A DNA stretch of 64,000 nucleotides from Eledone cirrhosa. Lineage: Eukaryota. Under the pieces are notes generated by a model. The model was not told the DNA's origin. It saw nothing but the letters and a program-made list of their open reading frames with translations, and made no database searches. The translations under genes and the position numbers were made by a program. Position 1 is the stretch's first letter, and every line of letters begins with the position of its first letter. Of the stretch, positions 13,375 to 26,290 are shown one piece after another. Where the stretch lies: contig OZ024743.1 in the NCBI GenBank assembly GCA_964016885.1, forward strand, positions 91,388,001 through 91,452,000. The letters are read 5' to 3'.

Positions 13375-13565
13375 AATTGGCAGTATCGGTAGAGGGTCAG
13401 ACGCCATGCTTTGCAGCATAGAGTTACGGCCCTTTATGATCTGAGTAGTTCAAATCCCGCCGAGGTTAACGTTGCCTTTCATCCTTACAGGGTCGATAAA
13501 ATAAAGTACCAGTAATACACTGGGATAATTGCTGGCCTTGTGCCAAAAGTAGAAACAATTATTAT
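13375..13565 (+). mobile_element. Meta-like SINE
   Basis: Same family as 8165-8370. Confidence 0.85.
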
Positions 13566-13569
13566 ACAT

Positions 13570-13678
13570 TGAAATGACTTCCACAGGACTAGAACTGTTT
13601 CATTTGTATGAAATCATCAGGATATTTCTATTGATTTCATACGAATGAAACCGTTCTAGTCTTGTAGAATTCATTTCG
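13570..13678. repeat. Imperfect inverted repeat with ~47-bp arms
   Basis: TGATTTCATAC...TTCTAGTC...TCATTTC present on both strands. Confidence 0.85.
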
Positions 13679-13947
13679 ATATATATATATATAAATATAA
13701 TATCAGCGAGATCGAATTTCAGCTGTGGTCGAAAACAAAGCGAAACGCAATATCCGAGTTATGCTGGCAAGCGCTCCATGGACTAAATAAAGACTAGAGC
13801 AATAAACATAGGTTATAAATGACAAACAAACTGAGATGGTGGTCAAGAAGCCATCAAACACCTAAGCCAAAAAGACGAAGCAAGCCAAATGGGTCAAACA
13901 AAAGAATAGAATATGTACCCGGACCCCTGGCAAAAATGGTATATATA

Positions 13948-13973
13948 TAGATAGATAGAGAGAGAGAGAGAAT

Positions 13974-14047
<74 letters not shown>

Positions 14048-14056
14048 GATATAGAT
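13948..14056. repeat. (GATA)n/(GA)n microsatellite
   Basis: Seen directly. Confidence 0.98.
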
Positions 14057-14369
14057 ATGTTTCTTTATTAGCCACAGGGGCACAAAAGAAGGGGACAAAT
14101 ACAAAGGGGGAAGTTTACATACAATAGATAGATAGATAGATAAATTTCTTTATTAGCCACAAGGGCACAAAAGAAAGGGACAAATACAAATGGGGAGTTT
14201 ACATACAGATATATGAAAATAAAACTATTAATAAAATAACAAATAATTTAAATCACCAATAGGGGACGAGGCGTTACACAGGGGTTGTACACACCCCAAA
14301 AAAATATACAACCCTCATCTCCAGGAGCACCAAGAGTGAGTCCTCTCTTCCTCTTTTTCCTCAACCTAC

Positions 14370-17300
14370 AGGCTTATATAGAGAGAAGGCCCAACCACTC
14401 AGGCCATCTTTGCCACATTCACCCACCTTTTATAAAATTTGCTGGGGTACAGCACCTTTCTCCATCCTCATTCTTCTTCCAAAATGATATTTGAAAAAAC
14501 GAATCAGTTGCTCGCCGGAGAGAAAGGTGTCTGACCTCAGCCCTTTTAACCTTGTCCACCATATAACCTCTTTCACCATAGCCATAACACATAGGAAAAC
14601 CGCCTCTCCCTCGGTTTTGAAGGAGGGTGGCGATTTGATCATGACAATGGACTCGGTGGTCAACTGGATTGGTCCCACCCGCGACAATAGTCGTTCTACA
14701 TAGCCTCACAGGTCGGTAACACCCGGGCAGTGTACAAATGCGTAGGCAACGGTTTCCTCGTCGCGCACACATCTCGGACAGATCTTTTTCGAAGGGCCCC
14801 TGCCCGGGCGCCCGTGTCTGTAGAGCTTGTCTCGAACTGGTAGAGCTCCTCGGTAGCTCTGCCAGACCAGGGACTTTTGGAAGTTGTCCATTGGTCCCAG
14901 GCGGAAGGTTCTACCGAACAGACTGGCCAGTTCGTCCTCTTCTACGCCTAGAGTTTCTCCGAGCGTGTCGTCGCACTTGCTGCGGACCAACCCTCTATAG
15001 AATGTCGAAGTGGAGTCTCCACTGATCGCCGGGTCTGTTTGCCAGAGCACATTCGATGTGCCAGTTGCCCATTTTCCTCGGTCTTTGCTTGACCCAGATC
15101 TGCAGCTCGGCAGCAAGATGAGTCGTGGGAAGGTTCGCCTCACGAACGGGGCCCACACCGGTTGTCTGGTGAGGAATACATGGAGGTGCCGCAGCCTGAG
15201 CGCATGTTTGCGCATCGTCAGCCACGGCAACCCCAGCCATCCGTTTGAAGGGTGTTGGCAGCAGATGGATCTTCTCACCAAAGGAGCCCGTTTCTTCCAA
15301 AGGAATTGGAAGAGCGCGCGCTCCATTTTGGTGAGCGTTTTGGCTGGACAAGGCACGACGGTCAAGCGATAGTAGATGACGGACGCTATAAAAGTGTTCG
15401 TCACCTCCGCTCGACCTTTCAAGGATAGTTTGCACTCGGCCCACTTCTGGGTGAGCGCAAACACCTTGGCCGTCACCTCGTTCCAGTTCTTCTCCACCTG
15501 GAGGTCCGGACCAAACCAGACCCCGAGCAGCTTTACCGGTCCTTCCGTCCAGCGTATGACGACACCATCGGAAGGCAACGGTTTGCCTCTCCATGTTCCG
15601 AGTTGCAAACCAACGGATTTGTCCCGGTTCAGCTTCGCTCCTGTGAACCTTTCGTATTCCTCCAGTAAGGTGCCGATCTCCCCGATTCGCGAGGCGCTCG
15701 ACACCATTACTGTTACGTCGTCAGCGTAGGCCGACGCAGCTTTTCGCAGTCCCGGTTCCAAAGGGATGCCCTGCAATAGCTCCAGCTTCCGCAGTAGTGG
15801 CTCGAGAGTCAGTACGTACAGAAGGGAAAAGAGAGGGCATCCCTGTCGGATGGATCGCGTGATTTGGAACGGCTCTGAGAGGTAGCCGTTCACCTTGACC
15901 CTTGAGCAGTTGTTGCTGCTGTGCATTGCAGCAATCCGGCCCCTGAACACGGGTCCAAAGCCTGCCGCCTCGAGCACCGCATCCAGGTAACGATGGTCAA
16001 CCCTATCGAAAGCCTTAGACTGATCCAAGTTGATCAGGGCCCCACCGAAGCTGGGTTTACACCCTACCCTCTTTGTGATGCATCGCATGAGCTGGAGGTT
16101 GTCGTGTATGGACCTGGTCGGATTGCGCATGTCTGCACTTCTCCCACCAGGTTTTCGACGACAAGCGCCAGCCTCTTTGCCAACACATTGGCCAAAATCT
16201 GTAACTCTGTGTTTAGCAGAGTTATGGGCCGGAAGTTTCCTATGTCATCCCCCTTATTCTCGTCCTTCCTGACTAACGTAACTACGCCCTTGGTCACAGA
16301 ACTGGGAATTCTCCCATTCTGCTGCCAGTTGCAGTAGACCGCTTCCAGGAGACCGGAGAACAAGTCCGGCATTGCTACGTAAAATTCGTAAGGTAGACCG
16401 TTGAGACCTGGAAATTTGCGTTTGCCACATTGGCTCAGCGCATCCCCTATCTCAGCGGCCAAAATCGGCCTTTCGCAGAACTTCGCCTTGCTGTCCGAGA
16501 GTCGCAGTAGGTATGGACCGAAATCCATAGCTCCTCCCGGCGCGCCGCCCTGCCCGAACAGTTGAGCAAAGTGCCGCTGAAAGGCCGCGCACATCTGCTT
16601 CAGCTCACGTATCATGCGTCCGTCTTGGTCCTTCAAAGACCGAATCGTGGACTTGTTGCCACTTACGCTTCCGTCACTCAGGCCCAGCTAACAGCTTTGG
16701 CTCCCTCGTTTCCCAGAGCACGTATTTTGCTTCTGACAACGCAGCCTTCATGCTGTGCGTCGAAGAACTGGTCCAAGGCCGTTCTCGTCGCTAGCTACGT
16801 TGCCACTGCCAAGTGCCTCTTCTACTTTATCTACCAGTTCCTTTTTGGTCTTATTTCTATCTAACACTAATTTTTTACTAAAACTTATCGAGTCTAATCT
16901 AACTGCCCTCTTGAGAGAGTACCACCATCTGTTGTTGACAATGGCCCCCGTCAAGTGCTGCTTAACTAAAGTGCTAATCCGTCTACTAAAGGCTTTGCAT
17001 GTCGGTAACGACAAGTTCAGCTTCCAGTAGCCGGGTCCCTGTCTATGGGTTTTGGTAAGGTTGACTAAGCAGGTCACTAATTTGTAATCTGAATAGGCAA
17101 CCATGAACATTTGTGGACAGCTTAACATGTCCCTATCCTTCTTTCTAACTAGAACCCTATCTAGGTACGATCTAGATGTTCTGCTGAAATTAGTCCACGT
17201 CTACAGTGGCACAGTCGGAAAATCTATTCGATATCTATCGGCCGATTAACTGTTTGAGGCTGTTACACCCCCCTCTATTGGGACATGCTCCCACATAGTC

Positions 17301-17638
17301 TCAACGTGCATCTAGGATTCCATTCTAGTCCCCCACTAACAGCAGGGAGCGGGACGTTCCCAGAAAAGTCTCTAGACATTTGAAGAAGTCTGGCCACGGT
17401 GTCCCAGATGGGGCATATATGGTCACCAGCCTGAAGGCTCCACCTTCACTACTGTTGTCTAGGACCACCAATCGACCCTCCGGGTCCAGATGGACCATCT
17501 GTGTTACGAGGTCCAGGTGTTTCCGCAGCAAAACGGCAACCCCATACTGTGCGACCTGAGGTTATTTAAGAGTTTGCCCTGTTTCCAGGGCATCCCCAGG
17601 CCGTGTACATTCACACATCCAACTCTTATATTGGCCAT
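14370..17638 (-). pseudogene. Tx1 ORF2 (APE + RT) with multiple frameshifts and an internal APE deletion
   Basis: MANIRVGCVNVHGL, IYAP, LLVGD, GPGYWKLN, NFRPITLLN, LDQSKAFDRV, IRQGCPL, YADD, KLLGV, CPRC. Confidence 0.92.
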
Positions 17639-19437
17639 GTTGGTGCTGAAAAGTTAAAAGAGGAAAAGAAATCACTCACCTCTTCGTCTCCTGGGGACCA
17701 GGCTGCACAATTTCCATGGGGGTGTTGGAGGAGTTGTTTAGTGGAGTCGTGGTTGTCTGGCAGGGTGGGGACGGAGATGTTTGGTGGGGTAGGGGTATCT
17801 GGAGTGGGGGTGGGGAAACATTTCAAAAGGACACGGTTATAGGGTTTGACGCAGGGGTTACCTACGTCGTTAGGAATTTTTTCTTTTAACTGTTTATGTG
17901 TGTCCATGGAGATCCTAATCATTTTAAGATTAGGATTCTCCGAAGAGTGTGTAAAAGTTTTCCCTTCGGTCTCCACCGAAGGGTTTTTATATATGATGTC
18001 TGTTAAAGTTTTATTGTTAGTATTTATGTAGGTGTAACATCTTTGTTGTGTTGCTTTTTGTCTGTGGTTCTTGTGTGTGTTTACGTTTTGTAGTAGGTGT
18101 TTTGTTTTCAGGAGGGGGTGTTTTTGTTTGTGCTGTTTGCGTCGCTTGTGTTGGTGTTTGTGTGTTTGTTGCATTTTTGTTTGTTATGTCTTTTCTTTTT
18201 ACTGGTCGGAAAGGCTCTCCCTCATCGTCACAGGGTGACGATGATGAGGCCTCATCAGTGTTGTTAGGGAGGGGTACATTTTGGAGAGCTGTTATGTGTG
18301 TGGGTGTTTCTGGAGTTGTTTTAGGTAGGGAGGGGTTGGGTGGGACTGTGTTTGTCGTTTGTTTTGTTGTCACTACTTTTTTATGTTGTTGTTGTTGTGG
18401 TGGTGGTGGTGATTGTTGTACTGGTGTTGCAGGTGTTGGCAGTAATGCCTTTTTTGGGCTAGTTAGCTGAGGACAGGAAGCTCTCAGGTGACCCCTGCTT
18501 AGGCAGTGGTAACATGAAGGCCGCCTACCCTCGACCGAAATGTTTATGTATATAAGCCCATCCAGCAGCACACATCCCGGGATCCTAGCTATTCGTTCTG
18601 GTGTCATTTGGACCAGAATTTCCAGTCTAGTTCCGCTTAACAGGTCGCCGGAGGACTTACCTACCGATATTATTGAGTCTTTTTCGAGGTTTAAAATCCA
18701 CATAGTACGCGCTCAATATTTGGTGTGATACTTTGGATTTTTATTTTCTGTGTTCTTTTCCCCATGTAAGTGGGGAAAAGGGTGAACAGCGGTGACACAA
18801 TTGGCGGCACAGAATATTTCTGTGCCGTCAGTTGGTCTTTCATCAGAATGGATAAACTCCCGTAGAGTCTACCCTTCTGAATGAAAGCAATGTCTTTTAA
18901 GGTATTTTTTAAAACCAACTCAATTTCGTCTTGTGAAAGTTGAGTCAGTTTTCGGGTTTTGTTTGAGACTGTCCTGAAAACCACAGTTTTCAAGGCAGCT
19001 TCTCTTCGCAAATCTGGGAGAGAGTTTATGGAGAATGATCCGTTCTCCCCAAAAGTTATGTGCTGCCTGGCATTATTCAAAAGCTCATTTGCATTTGAAA
19101 TACCTACCGGAGTGTAGCTTACCATTTTCTTTACGGTTTGCACAAACGATATTTTGTCGTTTACTTCCTTGTTGCAGTCATTAGTCTTGTTGTTCGTAGC
19201 ATTGTTGTTGTTGTTGTTGCTGGTGCCACTGGTTGTGCTGTTTTTGTTCATTGTTTCACACTTTTGGTTTTGGTTTGTTGCCATGGCAACGTCAAGTTGT
19301 TGGTCAGCAGGTGGAGAAAATCCTTCCTCTTGCTGACCTTTGTCTTTGACATCTGCTACTATGACAGTGGTAGGGGGAAGCTGTAAGCATATCTTCCCCT
19401 TTCCTCCTTCAAATGTTGGTGAAGAAGCTTCAGCCAT
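17626..19437 (-). pseudogene. Tx1 ORF1 (gag-like), frameshifted into three pieces
   Basis: ORFs 18691-19437, 18017-18703 and 17626-18174; CYHCLSRGHLRASC knuckle followed by a P/T-rich tail. Confidence 0.8.
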
Positions 19438-20249
19438 TTTTTTTAAATGTTAGTTTTTCCAAAAACTTTTCTATGAACTATTTCGACTGACCAGATCAAA
19501 ATTTGACCTGGCAGTCCCTCTACAAATTGGTATAAAAATGAAGGTTCACAGTTAAGAATTTCTATAGAAATTTAGGCAGAACTTACCCAGCAAGTTTCAC
19601 GCGTATGTCCGTCACAGAGATAGATAATAGATAGATAGATAGAAACAATTTAATAAACTTACTGTTATACTTTGGGAGGGTTATGCTGCCAATAAAAACA
19701 CACACACTTTACTATAAACTCCCAGTCGGTTTAATAACCAGATGGTTGTTTAATTGTTGAATGTCAAAGCTCTTTCATCATACATTCTGTGACCTTCTCA
19801 GTGACTAATTTCGTAGTTATTTTGTGTCTCTCCTTTGTTCTGTCCTACACTATCTTGTTTAATAAACTTATGTTTTGAATTCAAAACAAAGGGAGACATA
19901 AGCAAAATAAGTTTTCAAAAAAGATATTTACACTCACATCAATTCCCCTTACTGCAGTTTAAAAATGCAAGAACAACATTAATTATCTATATCAATGAAG
20001 ACAATCAATATTGCCAGACACATTTTTTTATCAGATGGAGTCATCAATCATAAGGAAAAATATTTTCACCAGCCATCAAATACATGCGCTGTCTTAAGAA
20101 GGACCCGTTATGGCATGGGTGAAAAAAGCCAAAAAAAAAAAAAACGAAATGGCAAGATGCAGGACTTGAAATCAGATTGCACAGTACCAGAAGATATACT
20201 GCCTGGAATTGTGTCCAATGCCCTGGACTCTAACATTATTTATTGACCC

Positions 20250-20770
20250 CAGGAAGTGAGAAAGGGAGTGTGGGAAGGATGACAAGTATAAGGTCATGTG
20301 TGGAAGATAAGAAAGGATAGCAAATATGATGCCATGGGTGTTTGAGAGGGGTGTAGGATTTAAGGGGCTGATGTGGAGAGGGGAATGTGAAGGAGGGAAA
20401 AGGTGAGAGTATATCGTAGGTGTTCGAGAGGGGTGTAGGATTTAAGGGGCTGATGTAGGGAGGGGGGTGAAAGAGGGAAAGGTGAGAGAGTTTGATATAA
20501 TGGGTGTTTGAGAAAAGGGGTAGGGATAAAGGGGTTGATGTGGAGAGGGGAATGTGAGGGAAGGAAAAGGTGAGAGTATATCATGGGTATTTGAGAAAGA
20601 GGGGTAGGATTTAAGGGGCTGATGTTGGGAGAGAGGAAGGGTGTGAAGGAGGGAAAGGTGAGAGAGTATTATTTTCATGGGTGTTTGAGAAGAGAAGTAA
20701 GATTTAAGGGGATGATATGGGGAGGGGGATGTAAGGGAAGAATGAAGTGAGAGAGTATGATCTCATGGGT
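20250..20770. repeat. Degenerate G-rich tandem repeat (~85-90 bp)
   Basis: Recurrent GTAGGATTTAAGGGGCTGATGT...AGGTGAGAG. Confidence 0.8.
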
Positions 20771-21089
20771 GTATGCTAAATTTGAAGGGATTTAACAGGG
20801 TGAAATGAAAGATAAAAAGGGGTCAATGTAATCATGGCCCGATAGTAAAGGATGTAGCAGATACTATAGCAGAACTGGGAGAGCCACACCAGGCATCTTA
20901 TTTTTATAGATCTTCTTATTTGTTATCTCTACTGATTATTTGTTATCTCTATCATGAGGTTCAGCTTCATAACATTGGACTTCACCCCTTTTATTCAATA
21001 TCTTCCAAGGCCTACATCTTCCTATATTTATCTAAAAACCTTTCTACATAATTTTATGTAAGAACATTTTTACTTAGTAACAAGCTTAA

Positions 21090-21290
21090 TAATTGTTTTT
21101 ACATTTGGCACAAGGCCAACAATTAGAAGGGAAAGTTGATTAAATCGACCCCAGTGCATTACTGCTACTTTATTTTATCAAATCCATAAGGATGAAAGGC
21201 TAAGCTAACCTTGCAGGATTTAAATCAGAAAAGAGACATAACTGTATGCCACAATGCATGTTGTCCGATGCTGCCAATCCATTGCCTTAA
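21090..21290 (-). mobile_element. Degenerate Meta-like SINE
   Basis: GGCACAAGGCC...AAGGATGAAAGGC. Confidence 0.7.
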
Positions 21291-21454
21291 TGAGCTTTAT
21301 AATGAGAAAGTGAGTTATATTTCTAAACCCCCTCAAAAATATGTTTTTAAATGCCATTGCTGTGGTTTGTAAAATCATTTACATTTATGTGATGGATGTT
21401 CTGCATTAAAATGGTTGATCAAGTGATTTCTTTTAGTAATTCCATTGATATTAT

Positions 21455-21630
21455 TTGTATCGGTAGAGGGTCGGACATGCTTTCCAGCACAGTTACGTCC
21501 CTTTACGATCTGAGTTCAAATCCGGCCGAGGTTAACTTTGCCTTTCATCCTTACGGGGTCAATAAAAGAAAGTACCAGTAATGTACTGGGTAATTGCTGG
21601 CCTTGTGCCTAAAATAGAAACAATTATTTA
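21455..21630 (+). mobile_element. Meta-like SINE
   Basis: Family consensus blocks present. Confidence 0.85.
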
Positions 21631-21854
21631 TAGTCAATTAATAAGTCACCTCGTATGAGGTAAAATCAATAAGTTTATAGGTGGTCAGACTTTGATCTTA
21701 TGTAGAGTTAGTATTAGAAATGTTAATGATAATATATAATTGTAACATCTGTCATGATGTCTTATACTCTAGATGATAAATATATCATCATCATCATCAT
21801 CATCGTTTTTACGTCTGTTTTTCTACGCTTGCATGGGTTGATCTGGTCTTTTTT

Positions 21855-22685
21855 ATAATTGTTTCTACTTTAGGCACAAGGCCAGCAATTACCCAGTACA
21901 TTAGTGGTACTTTACTTTATCGACCCCGTAAGGATGAAAGCAAAGTCAACCTCGGCGGGATTTGAACTCAGACTGTCTGGGACATAACTATGCTAGAAAG
22001 CATGGCGTCCAACCCTCTACCGATACTGCCAATCCACTGCCCTTTTTATAATAATGGTTTCTTATATAGGCACAAGGCCAGCAATTTTGGGGGAGGGGAA
22101 AGTTGATTTAATCGCACCAGTTCGTGACTGGTACTTTATTTTATCGACCCCGTAAAGATGAAAAACAAAGTTAACCTTAATGGGATTTGAACTCAGATCA
22201 TGAAGGGCCTTAACTCTATGCTGCAAAGCATGGTGTCTGACGCTCTACTGATACTGCCATTCCACCGCCCTTATATAATAATAATAATTGTTTCTACTTT
22301 TGGCACAAGGCCAGCAATTATCCCAGTGCATTACTGGTACTTTATTTTATCGACCCTGTAAGGATGATAGGCAAAGTTAACCTCGGCGGGATTTGAACTC
22401 AGATCATAAAGGGGCATAACTCTATGCTGCAAAGCATGGTGTTCGACTCTCTACTAATACTGGCAATCCACAAATGGTTTCTGATTTAGGCACAAGGCCA
22501 ACAATTTTGGGAGGACTGGAAAGTCGATTAAATCAACACTACTGGTACTTTATTTTATCGACCCCATAAGGTTGAAAGGCAAAGCTAGCCTCGGCGGGAT
22601 TTAAACTCAAAACGTAAAGTGACGTAACTCTATGCTGCAATGCATGGTGTCTAATGCTCTACCGATTACTGCCAATCCACCACCC
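21855..22685 (-). mobile_element. Four head-to-tail Meta-like SINE copies
   Basis: GGCACAAGGCCA...GGATGAAAG...GAACTCAGA...GCCAATCCAC repeated four times. Confidence 0.9.
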
Positions 22686-22857
22686 TATAATGGTTTCTTT
22701 ATTAGCCACACACAACAACAATGCTTTATGATTTATTTATTGATTGCAGTAAATTACATTTAATTTAATTAGAAAAAATTTGTATAAAATCCTTTAAGGT
22801 TCAGTAATGTGACCCTCTGAGGTCTGCATCTTAGGTGGCTGCCTAGTTGGCTCTAAA

Positions 22858-23398
22858 GGTAGTGCCAGTTCTGAGATCTGTTCCCTAATGGTAGTGCCAG
22901 TTCTGAGGTCTGTTCCCTAATGGTAGTGCCAGTTCTAAGATCTCTTCCCTAATGGTAGCGCCAGTTCTGAGGTCTCTTCCCTAATGGTAGAGCCAGTTCT
23001 GAGATCTGTTCCCTAATGTTAGTGCCAGTTCTGAGATCTGTCCCCTAATGGTAGTGCCAGTTCTGAGATCTGTTCCCTAATGGTAGTGCCAGTTCTGAGA
23101 TCTGTTCCCTAATGTTAGTGCCAGTTCTGAGATCTGTCCCCTAATGGTAGTGCCAGTTCTGAGATCTGTTCCCTAATGTTAGTGCCAGTTCTGAGATCTG
23201 TTCCCTAATGTTAGTGCCAGTTCTGAGATCTGTCCCCTAATGGTAGTGCCAGTTCTGAGATCTGTTCCCTAATGTTAGTGCCAGTTCTGAGATCTGTTCC
23301 CTAATGTTAGTGCCAGTTCTGAGATCTGTTCCCTAATGGTAGTGCCAGTTCTGAGATCTGTTCCCTAATGGTAGTGCCAGTTCTGAGATCTGTTCCCT
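22858..23398. repeat. 32-bp minisatellite (~17 units)
   Basis: Unit TGGTAGTGCCAGTTCTGAGATCTGTTCCCTAA. Confidence 0.97.
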
Positions 23399-23453
23399 AG
23401 GTGGTTGCCTAGATGGCCTTAATGGTAGCACCAGCCATGTATAAAACTATGAT

Positions 23454-25228
23454 CCTTAATGGTAGCACCCATCTGAGGTCTCTGTCCTAGGTGACTGGCT
23501 AGTTGACCTTAATGGTAGCACCTCTCTAAGGTCTGTACCCTAGGTGACTGGCTAGTTGACCTTAATGGTAGCACCTCTCTGAGGTCTGTGCCCTAGGTGG
23601 CTGGCTAGTTGACCTTAATGGTAGCACCTCTCTAAGGTATGTGCCCTAGGTGGCTGGCTAGTTGACCTTAATGGTAGCACCTCTCTAAGGTCTGTGCCCT
23701 AGGTGGCTGGCTAGTTGACCTTAATGGTAGCACCTCTCTAAGGTCTGTGTCCTAGGTGACTGGCTAGTTACCCTTAATGGTAGCACCTCTCTAAGCTCTG
23801 TGTCCTAGGTGACTAGCTAGTTACCCTTAATGTTAGCACCTCTCTAAGGTCTGTGTCCTAGGTGACTGGCTAGTTACCCTTAATGGTAGCACCTCTCTAA
23901 GCTCTGTGTCCTAGGTGACTGGCTAGTTACCCTTAATGGTAGCACCTCTCTAAGGTCTGTGTCCTAGATGACTGGCTAGTTACCCTTAATGTTAGCACCT
24001 CTCTAAGGTCTGTGTCCTAGGTGACTGGCTAGTTACCCTTAATGGTAGCACCTCTCTAAGGTCTGTGCCCTAGGTGGCTGGCTAGTTGACCTTAATGGTA
24101 GCACTTCTCTAAGGTCTGTACCCTAGGTGACTGGCTAGTTACCCTTAATAGTAGCACCTCTCTAAGGTCTGTGTCCTAGGTGACTGGCTAGTTACCCTTA
24201 ATGGTAGCACCTCTCTAAGGTCTGTGCCCTAGGTGGCTGGCTAGTTGACCTTAATGGTAGCACTTCTCTAAGGTCTGTACCCTAGGTGACTGGCTAGTTA
24301 CCCTTAATAGTAGCACCTCTCTAAGGTCTGTGTCCTAGGTGACTGGCTAGTTACCCTTAATGGTAGCACCTCTCCAAGGTCTGTGTCCTAGGTGACTGGC
24401 TAGTTACCCTTAATGTTAGCACCTCTCTAAGGTCTGTACCCTAGGTGACTGGCTAGTTGACCTTAATTGTAGCACCTCTCTAAGCTCTGTGTCCTAGGTG
24501 ACTGGCTAGTTACCCTTAATGGTAGCACCTCTCTGAGGTCTGTGCCCTAGGTGGCTGGCTAGTTGACCTTAATGGTAGCACCTCTCTAAGGTCTGTACCC
24601 TAGGTGACTGGCTAGTTGACCTTAATGGTAGCACCTCTCTAAGGTCTGTGCCCTAGGTGACTGGTTAGTTACCCTTAATGGTAGCATCTCTCTGAGGTCT
24701 CTGCCCTAGGTGGCTGGCTAGTTACCCTTAATGTTAGCACCTCTCTAAGGTCTGTGTCCTAGGTGACTGGCTAGTTGACCTTAATTGTAGCACCTCTCTA
24801 AGCTCTGTGTCCTAGGTGGCTGGCTAGTTACCCTTAATGGTAGCACCTCTCTAAGGTCTGTGCCCTAGGTGGCTGGCTAGTTGACCTTAATGTTAGCACC
24901 TCTCTAAGGTCTGTGCCCTAGGTGACTGGCTAGTTGACCTTAATGTTAGCACCTCTCTAAGGTCTGTACCCTAGGTGACTGGCTAGTTGACCTTAATGTT
25001 AGCACCTCTCTAAGGTCTGTGCCCTAGGTGACTGGCTAGTTGACCTTAATGTTAGCACCTCTCTAAGGTCTGTGCCCTAGGTGGCTGGCTAGTTGACCTT
25101 AATGGTAGCACCTCTCTAAGGTCTGTACCCTAGGTGACTGGCTAGTTGACCTTAATGGTAGCACCTCTCTAAGGTCTGTACCCTAGGTGGCTGGCTAGTT
25201 GACCTTAATGTTAGCACCGCTCTGAGGT
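23454..25228. repeat. 53-bp minisatellite (~33 units)
   Basis: Unit CCTTAATGGTAGCACCTCTCTAAGGTCTGTGCCCTAGGTGGCTGGCTAGTTGA. Confidence 0.97.
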
Positions 25229-25659
25229 ATATTGGTAGCACAAGTCATAAATGTATTGCTTCAGTGTCAACTCTGCCATTATCAGAAAAATACTGAAGAT
25301 TACAAGTGTAATCTTTGGTCTCCAATTTTATGGGAAGGGGCAGAGAGAGGGGAGTAAGAGAGAGGGAGGCGTGAGAGGGGAAGAGAGTAAAGGAGAAGGG
25401 GGGGTATCTGATACTTTACAAGATTAAGCAGGGGGGGTGGAAGGGGAAGAATTAGATGGTGGTGGGTGGTGGAAAGGTAGAGAACCTGGAGAGGAGTTGG
25501 AGGGGGGGGGGGGGGGAGAAAAGAAAAAAAGAAAACCAAGAAAGAAAGAAGTGTGGGTGGGAAAAGAGAAAAAGAGGAAAAGGAAGAATGTGGTTAACTA
25601 AGTGACACTATTAGTGTTATTAATGTAAACACCACTTTAACTGGGTGGTTGCTTCAATG

Positions 25660-26290
25660 ATAACAGCAATAGTTACAACAACAACTGTAACAGCAATAAC
25701 AATAGCAACATCAGTAATTACACAACAACAGTTACAACAACAATAACAACAGCAATAGTTACACAACAACAGTAACAACAACAACCACACCAGCAATAAC
25801 ATCAACAGCAACAATAGTTACAACAACAACAATAGCAACAGCAGTAGTTAGACAACAGTAACAACAACAACAACAACAATAGCAACAGCAGTAGTTACAC
25901 AACAACAGTAACAACAACAACAACCACACCAGCAATAACATCAACAGCAACAATAGTTACAACTACAACAATAGCAACAGCAGTAGTTAGACAACAACAA
26001 CAACAACAACAACAATAGCAACAGCAGTAGTTAGACAACAGTAACAACAACAACAACAACAATAGCAACAGCAGTAGTTACGCAGCAACAACAACAGTAA
26101 CAACAACAATAGCAACAACAACAATAGCAACAGCAGTAGTTACACAGCATGAACACCAACAACACCAGTAACAACAACAACGACGACAGTTACACATCAA
26201 CACCACCATCAACACCAACACCACCACCACCACCACCAACAACAACAACAGCAGCACCAGCAGCGGCAACAGCAGCAGCTACACAACAAT
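25660..26290. repeat. Degenerate (CAA)n/(CAG)n-derived repeat
   Basis: Seen directly. Confidence 0.9.

Larger units (their letters stand above)
14146..19615 (-). mobile_element. Near full-length degenerate Tx1/L1-clade LINE
   Basis: 5'UTR, ORF1 with zinc knuckle, ORF2 with APE-RT-Cys motif, AATAAA at the 3' end; both ends in (GATA)n. Confidence 0.92.

Noticed and set aside
22694-22712. Third Tx1 3' terminus (TTTCTTTATTAGCCACA)
   Set aside because: Only ~17 bp and equally explained as a decayed SINE tail
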